Origin: the human T2T-CHM13v2.0 reference genome, Homo sapiens
Assembly: GCF_009914755.1 (NCBI RefSeq)
Contig: NC_060927.1
Strand: one strand, 5' to 3'
DNA: 64,000 bases
Positions 28,989 through 48,085 of this stretch are shown here, piece by piece. Below the pieces are notes generated by a model. The model ran no database searches. It had not been told where the DNA came from and saw only the letters and a list, made by a program, of their open reading frames with translations. A program made the position numbers and the translations under genes. Each line of letters opens with the position of its first letter. Within the stretch, counting starts at the first letter, position 1.

Positions 28989-29705
28989 ATTTTATTAGGA
29001 ACATTTTTTCAGTGGACAGGTTGGCTTTGTTCTGGGGTCCATCCATTCCTCATTTAGGCAACCAGTGTACAAGAAGAGTGCAGGGTTATGGGTGTGAGGA
29101 GAGAATGATGAATTTAGTGCTACAGCTAGAAAATAAAGTTCCTGTTCACATAAACGAGTAAAATGCCCATCTTTCCTTTACTAAACACAGCTGAGCCACT
29201 GTGCATGGCTTGGCGAGCAGAGCATGGGCTCAGTATTGGCTCCCAATCATCCTCATGATGAAGAGGTTTTTAATGTGCCCAAACTGAATAAAATTTAAAG
29301 GCAGCCAGGGATGAATTCTGATAAATATCCCAGGGTGGTTTCAGGCACATGAATACTTATTTCTGGCAGTGTAAGGATTCAATATGTCTTTCCTTAATTC
29401 CTGGCCATCCTGGCAGTAATGCTGAATGTTTCTTTCCAAAACACGTATATCCCCACATACTTCACTAGAACAGAAAAGACAATATTTCCCAAACTAGATC
29501 CATGTTAGGAAATATAAGTGTTTTCAAAATATAAAATTAAACCTCCTGAGTCACTCCTACTCACAATGGGAATAATGTTTTCCATTATATAATGTGATGA
29601 GAGGTGCCTTGTTCTTTGATTTAGTCTTCTGCTTTCAACAGACTGAGTGGGTCAGTGGGTATGACCATTGATTAAGGATTGGGGTGAACTTTGTTACTTT
29701 TTAGT

Positions 29706-29893
29706 GTAGTAGTATTCAAATTCCAGCCTATACCACCAGCATTAGAATCACCTAGAATCTTGTTAGAAATACAAATTTTCTGGCCCCATTCCAGACCTAC
29801 AGAATCAGAAAGCCTGGGAATGAAGCTTAGCAATCTGTTACTTAATAAGCTCTCCAGGTGATTCTGATGTAGACTGAAGCTTGAAAACTACTT
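29706..29893. mobile_element. MER5A DNA transposon
   Basis: accagcattagaatcacct.gaa.cttgttagaaat.caaatt.tctggccccat.ccagacctac.gaatcagaa...ccaggtgattctgatg. Confidence 0.85.
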
Positions 29894-31429
29894 CCTTGCT
29901 ACAAGGAACCATATTTTGAGTCCAAGACTTATTTTGTTTGGGCCATCTTAAATCCAAGCAGAAATAGAATCCCCTAGGATAAAGCTATATGTGGCAACTC
30001 TTGGCAAATATGGGGCACATAATTAATTTCAACCCTTTATATAGGTTAAGGAATAATAGAAGTTTTATTCCCAATGTTATACTGATTTACTCATTGTTCA
30101 CCTTAAATAAGAATAACATGCTGGAATGAATGAAATTTAATAAATGTTTTATTTTTTAATGTTCACATCTTTCTTTTTTATAACATTTCCAACAATATTG
30201 CTTCATTTTCACTTGTTATAATTAGAAAGTTACATTCTTATAATTTTGTTTTAAGCTTCATCAAGTTCATGTCATTCAAATTATATTAAAAGTGGCTGTT
30301 TCTTCTAGATTTGTGAGGAAAACTGAAGTAATGAGAATTGTTTCATTTTCAGCCCTGCCACGGAAATGGCTGGAGCTTGCTAAAGTTAAATAATCCTCTA
30401 TCTTTCAATTTCCCTTTCTATACAATCGAGTAATAATACCTGAAACCTACAGAAAACCGTGCTATCATGTTTAGTTAAGTAACCTGGGTAAAGAGCAGAA
30501 ATGGTAGTCTAACAGCTGAGAATTGCTAGAGAAAATGCTACGTAATTAAGTAATATTTCAGAGCTACCATTTCTCTTCTAAAAGAGGTTCTAAAAGAATC
30601 CTTTACTACATTGCTTTTATTAAGGAATCTTTTCTTTCAACTCAGTGATTCTTTTTAAGTGACGTTTACGTTAACTACTGAAATTCTACTTTATTCTAAT
30701 TGGTATCTAATCTATTCTGATACTATTTTAAACTCCAGTATCTCTAACTAATCTTAGTTTATTACAATCATTTGAAAGGAAGTGATGTGTGTACACTTCA
30801 TCTGGATAAGTTATACGTAACAGAAAATGAAGAAAGAGGTATATAGATATACAGACATTTATGTAGATAAAATTTTTACTCCACGTGCTTCTGAAGATAA
30901 TTTGAGAAAACTGAAAACATAAGTATGGTTAAAGAAAAATGTACAATTCAGTACAAAATAAATGAGAAATAGTTATCATTTTGATAATAGGAAAGAACAA
31001 ATTACTTTCCTGATACTCTTTTCAGTAATAGAAAAAATATGGCACATTTTTTCAACTGAACTATTCCATCATCTTACGCCTCTTTGATAGGGTGCTGACT
31101 TTTATGCCACTGTGGTCAAGAAATAACATAAGGGAAAAAAAAGAAAATAATTTGTTCAAATTTTCTTGTACTTTAATATACTTCTTTAAAATACCAATAC
31201 TATTGTAATTGCATTGATAATACATGAATACGTATTTATTCATAAAAATAATTTTCTGTTGATGATTACATACCTTAATTGTAGCCACATTCCCCTAATT
31301 CTCCACTCTCTTCTGACTACTTACTTTTTATTATTGAAGACAAGGAGGTCCTTTTATGCTGTCTAGAATCTAGAAGACTGGAGGGGGGATGCTTATTTCT
31401 TATTTCATAAAATAATAATAGAAACAACA

Positions 31430-31705
31430 TAAATAGCTCAGAGCTTTAAACTCTTAGCTTAAGTCAATGTCAGAGGACCAGAGAGCTCATTTGGTGGCCC
31501 TAACATAACCCTTTCTATCTTGTAAACACAGAGTCAACTTCACTGAAAATCCGACCCAAATTTTAATTGTGGGGGTTACATAATGACATTATGTTAACTT
31601 CATTGCCTTGTTTAAGGTCAAGGTGAAATTTAGGATGGAAATTGTGGGATTTGGAATAGGAACATATGAGTGGACACAGACAAAACTGAAAATCTGAAAT
31701 CCTTC
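31430..31705 (+). mobile_element. ERVL/MaLR internal (gag-like) fragment
   Basis: gaaaatccgacccaaattttaattgtgggggtt...ttggaataggaacatatgagtggacacagac.aaactgaaaatctgaa resembles ERVL-E/MLT-int gag. Confidence 0.45.
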
Positions 31706-32046
31706 ACATGTAGAAGCAGATACAATAACCTTCTCACTTTTCACTAATTCCCATCCAAGACTTGCTTAAGGCAAAACTTAAACATTGTTTTCTTTATCTT
31801 ATCTTTCCCTCTTCCCCATATCCAGTCAAATACCAAGTTCTCTTCTATTCTGCCTCTTAAACATTTTAAACTTATTTTTATTTCTTTTGTCATTAATTTG
31901 CACATAAGCTATTATTAGACACTCCCCTAAAAATGGTAGCTGCGTCCTGTATTTATTATCTGTTACCTCAGTATTCTATTTATGCCTTTTCAGTCTTCCA
32001 ATATCTGTTTAAAATTTGGGGTATTAAATTATCTTTGTGAAGATAA

Positions 32047-32491
<445 letters not shown>

Positions 32492-32799
32492 TAAGTTTTA
32501 TTACATAAATAATTATTATACATAGATACTAAGCAAATCATATAAGTAGAGTGTTCTGTAAAGGAAGGTTGAGGTTCACATAGCCTAGAGAAACTTCCAT
32601 ATATAAGAGTTGAGTTTTAGAGAATAAACTACAAGAAACTGGGGGAACATGACTACATAACTAATTTGCTTTCCTTGTGTATTAACTGTTGCATTTTAAA
32701 TTTCCATATTTGTTCAAATACTGATTTTATATGGATGTTATTAGCATAGTGAAGCTTATATAAATACCATATGTATATTTAATAAATCATATGTTTACG

Positions 32800-33750
32800 T
32801 TATAAGATTTAAAGACAAACAGACTTTCTGTTAGAAATGAGCTCATTTTCATTTCAGAAATGAAAATACTAAAACTGAGAATTTATGTAAAATAATCTCA
32901 AAGACATACACCTCCTAAGTGAACGAGACTGAGCGTCTAGTCTAGTACTTAGATAACTATTTTTAGTTTAAGCCCACTTTCTCCTGTACCATTTCCTGTG
33001 AAGCTAAAATAATCTAAGTCTGTGATGAAAGGAAAAAGAGCTCTCAAAGATACATACGTTTCCTGACATAAATTTTTTGACAAACTATATAATTTTGATG
33101 TACCTCACTTTAGATGCTTAAATCAGCTTCATTATTCTACACTTTCTTTTCTCCACCAGCTAATTGTACAACTTGCTGCAAAAACACATTAGATTCACAA
33201 GTTCAGTATTTCTACACATCTCCCAATATAGCAGAGTGGTTAAGGGTGAGAGCTTTGTGGTAGATCCACTTATGTTGTCAAAAGCTAGCTTATCAGTCAC
33301 TCGTTGCATAACCTTGGGAAAATTTCTCAGCATTCTTTCCCCTCTGTTTTTTCATCAGTATTAAGAATGATAATAGTTCCTCACTATTCAAATTAAATAG
33401 ACTACCTGGAAAAACCTTAAATATACCACACAGTGCGCACTCAGTAAACTATTATTAATATTACTAGTAATCTTCCGCTACTAGAGGAATTTGTAAAACT
33501 GTAGTAACAAGTGAAAGTGCAATGCAGTGTAGAATCCATTAAATTTTAGTTTCTCACAGCTTTCAGGAACAACTGAATACATGAGATATGTGTTTATATT
33601 CAAATATATTTCATACAGTGATTAATGATTTTTTATTAAAATAGCACTGCCACTTATTGTAAATATTATTATTTCCATTTTAAAGATGAGAAACCTGAGA
33701 TTTAGATTGGTCCAATAGGTAGTCCCTGGCCCAACAGACAGTATGTGGTG
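32800..33750. mobile_element. Several MIR fragments
   Basis: tatagcagagtggttaagggtgagagcttt...ataaccttgggaaaatttct; ccattttaaagatgagaaacctgagatttaga. Confidence 0.6.
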
Positions 33751-34439
33751 AAATTGAAAATATGTAAACTATTTAAATTTTAGTTTTATCTACACGTCAA
33801 GAATTCCTCCAAATATATCTGTTTGTCTATTTATATACCTAGCTATGATATAATTAGAATTCAAAATAACATAGAGCCTTCAATATATCATGCAGCTTGT
33901 TTTTACTTTCTAAAATGAGTAAGTTTTGCTCATAATTTATGTCAAACTTATCATATTTATAATAATGGGCCTATTCATTTTATGGCCCCAAATTAAGTAT
34001 TCTTTTTTCACCAAGTATTTTTAAAATATTTTTATGGTAGTGCAAAAATCATTGAGGAAACAGGTCATACTAACTGGATACCTGCCGTTTAAATTAAAGG
34101 GCCAATAAAATAGTTGAATATATTTTTCTTCTGAAAATCAGACACATGATCAGTTAATCATAGTGCTACATAAATTGAGTATGAGATAGTAGAATTAATT
34201 ATCAATGTGTATTTGTATGTTAACCAGAAACTAAGTTTAACATAACAAATTATTTAGATTTCTATTTTTAGTAAAAAAAATATTTGTTATATGAATAGAA
34301 TGTTTTCTTAGTGCTCCAATTAACAGTCATTTTATATTATCACTTCTTCAGTCTTTTACTGTGTGACTCATTTTCTCTTCATTTGATTGTGTTATTTTCT
34401 GATATTTGGAAATGTTTATGTGTTCTGAAATGTATCTTT

Positions 34440-38343
<3,904 letters not shown>

Positions 38344-38516
38344 TTATTATTATTTTATAATTTCTGTATTTTAGATAGTATTCTTAAGATACATAGTATG
38401 AATGATAATATAAAGAGTTTTATTAATCTTCTTTCTCCCTTTCACCCCATTACTTACATTTTTTTAGTGTGCACCTTAACAGAATCCTTTAAATTAAATC
38501 TCTTAAACAACAGTGA

Positions 38517-38906
<390 letters not shown>

Positions 38907-39109
38907 TAAAACAAATGTTCTAAAAATCTGAAGTTAAATATACTTACTTCAATTGTACCTGCTCTGATATAAATCTGTTTCAGACTTCTCTTCCTTGAGT
39001 GTCTGCTGGGTTTGCCTCTATTGTCTTGCACTGAATTTTAGTATAGAACAAATAATGTCAACCTGGTTATCCTCCTTTTAAGAGGGACTTCCTTTTAAAA
39101 AAAATTGCT

Positions 39110-39362
39110 GAGTACAAAAAACAGAAATGATGAATAAGACCTAGTATTTGGCTACAGTCAAAAATAATTAATTGAATATTTTGAAAAAACTAAATGAATA
39201 AATTGGATTGTTTGTAACACAAGGAATAAACACTTGAGGTGATGGATACACCCATTTACCCTGATGTGATTATTTCGCATTGCATGCCCGTATCAAAATA
39301 TCTCAGTTAACCCATAAATATATATACCTACTATGTAACCACAAAAAATAAAAATAATTAAA
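39110..39362 (+). mobile_element. L1MA2/3-like 3' end
   Basis: gaataagacctagtatttg...aattggattgtttgtaacacaa...ttgaggtgatggatac...atatatatacctactatgta.ccacaaaaa. Confidence 0.8.
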
Positions 39363-39589
39363 AATTTTGCCCCCAAAATTATTCTATTTTTCATGTTTAA
39401 AATGTAATGTTATTAATCTTGTATTATTCTTAACTATTAAAATGTAATTTTTCTGGAACAGGTCTGTGACTGAAATATGTAGTATAAATTTTTTTTTCAG
39501 AATATTTTGTTTGAATTGTATCTTAAAATACACTATTATGTCCTTTGTCTTAGTTTTCCTCTCTGGGTACATCAAATAATTGTTTGCAT

Positions 39590-41205
39590 GGATAAGAATA
39601 ATCAATATCATTAAAATGGTCACACTATCCAGAGCAATTTTTAGATTCAACGTTATTCAAATTAAACTATCATTGACATTCTTCACAAAACAGGAAAGAA
39701 ATATTTTAGAATCAATGTGAAACCAAAAAGGAATCTGAATAACTAAGAAAATCCTAAGCAAAAAGAACAAAGCTGGAGGCATTATGCTATTGAACTTCAG
39801 ACTATACTGCAGGGCTACAGTAACAAAAACAGCATGGTTATTTGTACAAGAATAGACACATAGACCATGGAACAGAATAGAGAACCCAGAAATAAGGCTG
39901 TACACTTACAGCTATCTGATCTTCAACAAACATGACAAAAACAAGCAATAGGGAAAGGATTCCCTTTTTAATAAATGGTGAGGGGATAACTGGCTACCCA
40001 TATGCAGAAAACTAAAGTGATCCCTTCTTTATACCATATACAAAAATTAACTCAAGATGGATTAAAGGCTTAAATATAAAACCTAAAACTATGAAAACCC
40101 TGGAAGACTATTTAGGCAGTACCATTCTGGACATAGGCACAAGCAAAGATTTTATGGCAAAGATGCCAAAACCAATTGCAACAAAAGCAAAAACTGACAA
40201 ATGGGGTCTACCTAAACTAAAGAACCGCTGCACAGCAAAATAAACTATCAACAGGGTAAACAGACAACCTACAGAATGAGAAAATATTTTTGCAATCTAT
40301 GCACCTGACAAAGGTCTAATATCCAGCATCTATAAGAAACTTAAACAAATTTACAAGAAAAAAAAACCCATTAAAAAGTGAGCAAAGGACATTAACAGAT
40401 CCTTCTCAAAAGAAGACATATACATTTGGCCAAAAAGCACATAAAAAAGAAACTCAACATAACTGATTATTAGAGAAATGCAAATCAAAACCACAATGAG
40501 ACACCATCTCACACCAGTCAGAATGGCTGTGATTAAAAAGTCAAAAAATAACAGATGCTGGCGAGGTTGTGGAGAAAAAGTAATGTTTATACACTGTTGG
40601 TGGGAGTGTAAATTAATTCAAGCATGGTGGAAGACAGTGTGGCAATTCCTCAAAGATCCAGAACCAGAAATATCATTTCACCCAGGAATCCTATTACCGG
40701 GTCAAAATAATATACATTGTTCTATTATAAAGACACATGCATGCATGTGTTCATTGCAGCACTATTCACAATAGCAAAGACATAGAATCAACCCAAATGC
40801 TAATCAATGATAGATTAAAGAAAATGTGGTACATATACACCATGGAATACTATATCATTTCCTTGGCAGGGACATAGATGAAGCTGGAGGCCATTATCCT
40901 TAGCAAACTAATGCAGAAAAGCAAATACCACATGTTCTTATTTATAAGTGGGAGCTAAATGATGAGAACACATGAACACATAGAGGGGAACAACACACAA
41001 ATGGGACCTATTAGAGGGTGGAGGTTGGAAGGTAGAAGAGAATCAGAAAAAATAACTGTTGGGTACTAGGCTTAATACCTGGGTGATAAAATAATCTACA
41101 ACAAACCCCCATGACACACATTTACTTATGTAACAAATCCACACAGTTTGCACATGTACTTGTGAACTTAAAAGTTAAACAGTAAAATAAATAGAAATAA
41201 TTTAA
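39590..41205 (+). mobile_element. 5'-truncated L1 (L1PA13-16-like)
   Basis: ORF2 C-terminal peptide [28 protein letters not shown]; 3'UTR gggtactaggcttaatacctgggtgat; A-rich tail. Confidence 0.92.
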
Positions 41206-43244
41206 AAAAGTTATTATTTGATGGATATTTTTTGTAGTCTATGCCTGTCATTTTATCCCAAATACCTTTTATCTCTTTATTTATGTTTGTGTGCTATAGC
41301 TTTTTGCATTGATTTTTCTTCATTGTTTTCCTCCTAATTTAGGCTTTCTGTTTCCTGAAAGGCCCTTTTTTCCCCCTCATTCTGTCAGTTCTTGTTTTAG
41401 TTCTTCTATCTTCTAGCTATCACTTTTATTGTGTGGTCCTCTCTTCCTTAATTTCACTTTAATTTTTTCATGTTTACTTTTTGCTTTGTTTAATGTAAGG
41501 TCCACTTATGTTTATGTCTGGTTATTGTTCATTTTTTTGGAAGGAATCCACTAAAATTTCTTATTTATGTATCTTAGTGCATAATGGAAAGCATGCTGAG
41601 ACATTGAACAATTATTAGAAGCTTTCCAGAAACCTTTCAGTAAGTTTTTATTATTTTTCCTTGGTGAACATTTCCTTTAGCATTGAAGCCTTTGAGTTCA
41701 CCTAGCTCTCTACTCTTCCCTCATTACTGCAACATTAGTTAAGTGTTAAGAGGCATGGTCTAGATAACAGAAAAGCTTCTCCCTTAGAACCACCTCCTCC
41801 ACGATTTTGAGTTATATAATTGGCTTCCTTGGAATAGTTTTGGTGTCTCCTTTTTAAATTATTACTATAAATAGCAACTGTTGTAATTAAATGATCATTT
41901 TGACATGCTTTTAGGGGTATGATACTCTTACAAATTTAAGTTTACTTTTCACTTTACACATAGTAACTCATAAAATGCTTAAAATTATTTGTGAGATAGG
42001 TTCTCTGACTATACCTTATTAACATACAAAAAAACTGAAGCAGAGGGCAGTTAACTTATTTGAATATTTAATAATTGGTAGAATTGAAATGTAAAGTCAG
42101 ACATGCTGGTTCTGACATATTTGATTTACTTAACTATATTAGTTTGCCTCTTATCTCCCTTGTCTCAGTCTAGTCTTATAGATTTTATAATGTAAGTGAA
42201 AGCAAATCTGTAAAATAAGAATAGAAAACCACGATGCTGACTGATAACAACAAAGACAACACTCATAAGTTTCTCTAACAGTGCTTTTTCTGCAACTGTG
42301 GAGAAAAATGGAAAATATATCTGTGAATATTCAGGGAATTAGAATAAATATCTGGGTATTTGAGGAATTTTGGTATCAAATGCTACTTTCCAGAGTTGAA
42401 CAAGTATTCCACAGCCCTAAAGAGCTCCTGAACACTCAAAAGGACTTCATAAAAGAATAGAAGAAAAGAATCCTTTTTGACAGCCAAAATTAACTAGAAT
42501 ACAATCTAATATTGCCTTTCAAACATCCCCATATACAACCATACCTCCCTCAAGATAGATAAAAGCAAATAAAACATAAAATATGTAATCCAAAAATAAA
42601 ATAAATTTAATAAAAACAAATACATTTTTCATGCTGTCAAAAGGAAAACAATAGGAAGGTACATGCACATTATATGGAAAAGCAATTGTTACCCATATTA
42701 AATGTAGGTAAATTAAAGAAGTCAAAAAACACCTACACAAAATATAACATGTCAAAAGAGAAGAGCACAGTAAAAAAAAAAAGGGAGTTCAAGACACATT
42801 TTTATATGAGATGTAGAAAATATTTTGCAAGTATTTCAAGCTATGAGAAAATAAAAAAATTTACATAAATTCAATACAATGAAGCCAAAATTGGTTGAAG
42901 AAAGCAAAAAAAACATGAAATGAAAAACATGATGGAGTGAAACAAAATGAAGACATAAATATATTTTAGCTATGAACAACAATGAACAAATAGACATAGC
43001 TGTTGACAATTTTTTAACAAAAAGGCTACAAATAATTGCAGGAGAATGAACAAATGGATTAAAAAGTAGTGAGATGAAAACAGGATGCATTTCAGGAAAA
43101 CTGACGTGCATGAAGTATAATATCTAATAAATATTAAAGCAAGTATATTCAAATACCCTTGAAGCAAAATATTGCAGAAATGAAGTAAATAGTCATAAAA
43201 GTATAAATCATATTCTAGGTAAAATTAAAATTTAGTCATTTGCT

Positions 43245-44460
43245 TATCAATGTATTAATTCAATAAATAATTATGCAGTTCCTTCTCCATGACACTGGGA
43301 TACACTGCAGAAGAAAGATATGGATTCTGGTCTGATCAAACTTACATTTCAATCTGGTTCATCACTGAAAACTAATCAGTCAGAGAAGTAACTGAAATAA
43401 CTATATATTTTGTTAAACTGAAAGTAAGAAAATATAAGCTGCTTGGATAATAAAATTACAGAAAGCCTTAAAGAGAGTTAAAAGTTAAAATAATTATTAA
43501 ACTACGAGAAAGAGCCAACTATGGGAAGAGCAAATGTTTCTGGAAAATACACAACGGGTGTAAAGCTCCTTAAGCAGAAAAAGAGTGGCTTTTTGAGGAT
43601 CCATATACTAATATTGCATAGGAGAAAGCTTGGCCAAAACAGGTTCGAATGATTGAGTGAGTAAATCCTTAAGGTTCTTTATATATGGTTTTCAATTTGC
43701 TACTGAAAATCATCAAATGTTTTAAGAAGCAAGTGGCATGATCCTTTTCTGTTTTAAGGTGGTAACATTTTTTGTATTGTGTGTTGATTGAAACAGAAGA
43801 ATCTAGAGTAGAATTGAGAACAGTTAGGTTACATTGGCGTAGTTCGTATGACAATGCCACTTCACTTTGCTTCACTTTGCTGATGTTAAAATTCATTAAG
43901 AGAAGTTATACTTCTGTTATATTTTTGACACCAAATAGTCAAGAAAGCTGAAGGATGTGATGTATGTAATGAGAGAAAAGGAGGTCCTGAAAGTGATGGG
44001 TTTGTGGCTTGAGTGGTGTCTTGCACTGAGGAAATTCCTGTTTACTTTAATGAGGAAAAATGCAATAGAAGACAATTTTGAGGTGAGGAGTCTCAGAGTT
44101 TAGTTTGGAAATTTAAGATACGGAGTTAACTATAGATACTCAAAAGATACCACAGAGACAGCTGCCTATGTCAGTCTGTTTGAATTCAAGGTTTAGGATA
44201 AAGATATAAGTTTTGAATCATTAGCATAAAATGATACTGAAACGCATGTGTTAGTTTGAGAACAAGAGAAAGAATGTTAAAGAGAGAAAATGAGGAGAGC
44301 TTGATTTAAAGGAGAAGACAGCAAGAGGGAAGGATAAAAAAACAGATAGATAACAGAAAAACCTTGAGAAAGTATAAATTCAAAAGCCAGGAGAAAAGAT
44401 TACCTCGAAGGAAAGAAAATAACTATAGCTGGCTAAATGCAGAGGAATTTACTCAGATAA
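43245..44460 (-). mobile_element. Degraded L2 element
   Basis: tattaattcaataaataattatg terminus followed by the purine-rich L2 antisense body (ttttaagaagcaagtggcatgatc, gagttttagtttggaaattt). Confidence 0.55.
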
Positions 44461-44745
44461 AGTCAAAGGAGTTTTTTTTGAAACATTTACTAAGAAATAC
44501 TGTAGTGAGATAATCACAAAAATAAAGACATTACCCAAATGTTATAATATTGTGGGTAAGGGAGCATGGTAGAAAATGTTTATGACTTAATTTACTCATC
44601 TTTTAAAGGCTGATAATAGCAAAGGCTATAAATGCTAAATCTAGATTTGAAAGTTTGCTGAAAGTTATGACATCAATTCCTAACACATCTAAATACAATG
44701 ATATATGTAACAAAATTGGGAGTGGAGACATCAAGAAGTATAAAA

Positions 44746-45310
44746 TGGATCAAATGGTAGTTCTACTTTTAGTTCTTTGAGGAATCACCATACTATTTTC
44801 CACAGTGGTTGCACCAGTTTACGTTCCTAACAGCAGTGTAAAAGTGTCCCTTTGCACCACAGCCACCCCAACATCTGTTTGTTTTTGTTTTAATATTTTC
44901 ATTATAACCATTGCAATGCCACTACTGGGTATCTAGCAAGGAAAAGAAGCCATTATATGAAAAAGAGACTTGCACGTGTATGTTTATAGCAGCACAATTC
45001 CCAATTGCAAAAATATGGAACCAGCCTAAATGCCCATCAACCAACGAGCGGATAAAGAAAATGTGGCATATATTAATACATCCCATGGAATACTACTCAG
45101 CCATAAAAAGGAATGAAATAATGGCATTCACAGCAACCTGGATGGTGTTGGAGACCATTTTGTAAGTGAAGTAACTCAGGAATGAAAAAAACCAAACATT
45201 GTATGTTCTCACTTATAAGCAAGAGCTAAGCTATGAGGATGCAAAGGCAGAAGAACGATATAATGGACTTTGGGGACCTGGAGGGAAGGGTGGGAGTGGG
45301 ATGAGAGATA
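44746..45310 (+). mobile_element. L1PB-like fragment with a 5' inversion
   Basis: 44746-44912 is antisense ORF2 end; 44913-45310 is the sense continuation (KETCTCMFIAAQF.IAKIWNQPKCPS). Confidence 0.88.
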
Positions 45311-45319
45311 TTACAAAAA

Positions 45320-46770
45320 AGAGGATATTACAAGAAAGAAATATGATACTAATCTCATTAATAAAGCTTCAAAAATCTTCAACCAAATACTAGTGAATGG
45401 AATTTAGCAATATTTATAAAAAAGTAAAAAACACAGTTTTTTTCTAGAAACGCAAAAGTTGTTTAACTCACAGCATTAGCAGAAAGGGTTTAAAAATCAG
45501 ATCATCATCTTGATATATGGATTAAGTATTTTAACTCTCATAACTCTTCATAACATGTCATGATAAAACCAATAGCAAATTAGAAATGAGAGACAATTTC
45601 TTTACTCTGACAAAAAGTACCTATAAAAGTCCTTCATCAAACATTATGCATGGATAATTACTGAAAGTTCCCCCTTAGAACATGGATGACTCAAGCATGC
45701 CAATATCACACAATAATATATAATATTATAATGGAAGTGCTAGTCACAAAAATAAGGCAAGAAAAGAGAATTTTTTAAATATAGAAGGGATAAAGAAATA
45801 AAAATAAAGAAAAACATTATCACTATTCACAGATTATATGATCTTATACATGTAAATATATGCATCAAAAAGATATGTCCAAGAATGTCCATAACTGCCT
45901 TAGTCATAATAGCCCAACAAATTTAAGGTATATTCACATAATGGAATGTTATACAATAATGAGAACTTTTAAAAACTACAATTGCGCAAAAAAAGATAAA
46001 TTTTACAATCAAAATGTTTTGCAAAAAGAGACAGATACAATAAGCTACATGTTGTCTGATTTCATTTACATAAAGCTAAAAAACAAACTACTTTTTGACA
46101 ATAAAGTTAGGACAGTGATTACACTTGCCATATTCAGTGTCTGGGTAGGGGCATAGAGTGGATATCTGGAATATTTGTGTTATACTTTCTTGTGTATACT
46201 GAATTTGAGCAGGTTCACTTAATGAAAATTAACCCTGCTATGCACTTTTGATTTCATCACTTTTCTGTATCTGGGCTACACTTAAATAAAATGTTTTCTT
46301 AAATTAATGTTTGATAATAAAATAATCGCATTAATATAGAGCAATAAAAAATGACTTATTTCATCCATATTGTATTGTGATTTTCTGAAAATAGACACCA
46401 GGCAATTAGAGAAAAATATCAATAACATAAAATGCAATGTTTTATGTTAGTGAATGGAGAAGAAAACAAGGATCACTGTATTTGATGTGAAGTTATGCCA
46501 AGAAAACAGAAAATTCACTGGAAAAACTATTGGTAACAATAAAAATCGTGCAATAATGAGGCTAAAGAAAAAATTAGCACATAATTATTAAAAGCTTTTC
46601 TGCATAAAAACTAAATAGTAAAAAACATGTAATGAAAGATGCCCCATTTATATTAGCAGCATAAAATCTAGAACACTTAGCAATACATTTAACAATAATT
46701 GTGCAGAATATGTTTGTGGATAAATTAAATCTCAAATGTTAATGCTCCCTATTATTGACCATCATGAAAA
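45320..46770 (+). mobile_element. Old L1M/L1ME ORF2 and 3'UTR fragments
   Basis: aaaatcttcaaccaaatactag; ttatcactattcacagattatatgat (FADD-like); L1ME-type 3'UTR. Confidence 0.55.
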
Positions 46771-47964
46771 TTTGCATTGCCCAGAGATAACATTTAGACA
46801 ATATTATGTGGATCACTAACAACAAAACATTGAGTTTAGGTTATTCACTTGTCCTTCAGGATATTTCTCAGCCTCCTCCTCCTGACACCATAAACTTAGT
46901 GTTTACTGATTACAAATTAGGTCTTAAGTCATACTTCGCAAAACATTAGGAAACCTAACTTTTTACAAGAAATGCTGTTCCAAAGCCAAATACGAATGAT
47001 TTCCAATATGCTTATTACCACTCTGTTCCCATTCATTAGCAGAGGTAATTAAAGAGTTGGCTGCAAATACAAAACATTCATTAGCAGCCTTTTATTATTC
47101 TTGCTCCGTCTGCCTATGGAGTCTAATGTGGAAATTCTGGCACCTTCTCACATTTATTTTGTCTTTGTGTATGTTAATTAAACTTTCTGGTAGTCATTTC
47201 CCAATCCTCTGGGATAAAAGGAAACTGAACCAGATAAATTCAGGGCAGAAATATTAATAATTGAGGCACCATTGCACTAGAATATCTGCTTGTTTCAAGA
47301 AAATATTAGTGGAGTTAACTCTCCATTCTGGAGAAGTGTAGTATGTGAAGAAACACTTATTATTATTATTAAAGTAAATGTGTATTCACACTTACCTTTT
47401 ATTCATGAATGCCTCTCCCTCTGATATACAAATAAAATGGCACTTATTTAAGCCAATATATAAATGTAATATGTGTAATATGGAAGTATTGTTGGTCATT
47501 ACTTAATGGATGATGAGGCCTATAAAATAGCCTGTTTTATTTTTAGAAAGAATTGAACTTTCGACAATACCATCATGGTAAATTTTAAACATCTTACTCA
47601 ACTGTCACAAAATGTAACAAAGTTGATTTCATGTAATGACACACATTTTCATGCTTAGTGTTTGAAATTAAAATATCTGTTCTACTTTGTTAATAATATG
47701 AATAAAGCAATGCAGGTAAACTGTTCAGAGAATTGCCTGATATTTAAAGTGTTCTATAATAGTCAATTTTGAACGTTAGATTCAATATTAATGTTTTTAT
47801 TTTGTCAGACATGTTTACATACTTTATAACTTACATGTAATATGGTAATAATGTTCCAACATAAGCCAAAGACAGCCAAGACGTGAGAATAAAGTGAGTT
47901 TGGGTAGGAGGAAATACATTTTCAGGAAAACAAATTCTGTGTTTTAAAAAATAAATTATAGATA

Positions 47965-48085
47965 GCTGCTCAGGAGGCTGAGGCAGGGATATTGCTTGAA
48001 CCTGTGATGGAGAGGTTGCAGTGAGCCAAGATCATGCCACTGCACTCCAGCCTGGGCAACAGAGCGAGACTCCATCTCAAAAGAA
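47965..48085 (+). mobile_element. 5'-truncated Alu right-arm fragment
   Basis: Alu 3' sequence; TSD aaattata(g/a)ata at 47953-47964 and 48086-48097. Confidence 0.88.

Noticed and set aside
39110-39362. Missing 3' end of the L1 at 13975-20725
   Set aside because: It is 18 kb away with a large unaccounted L1 gap and no shared TSD, so it is more likely an independent short insertion.
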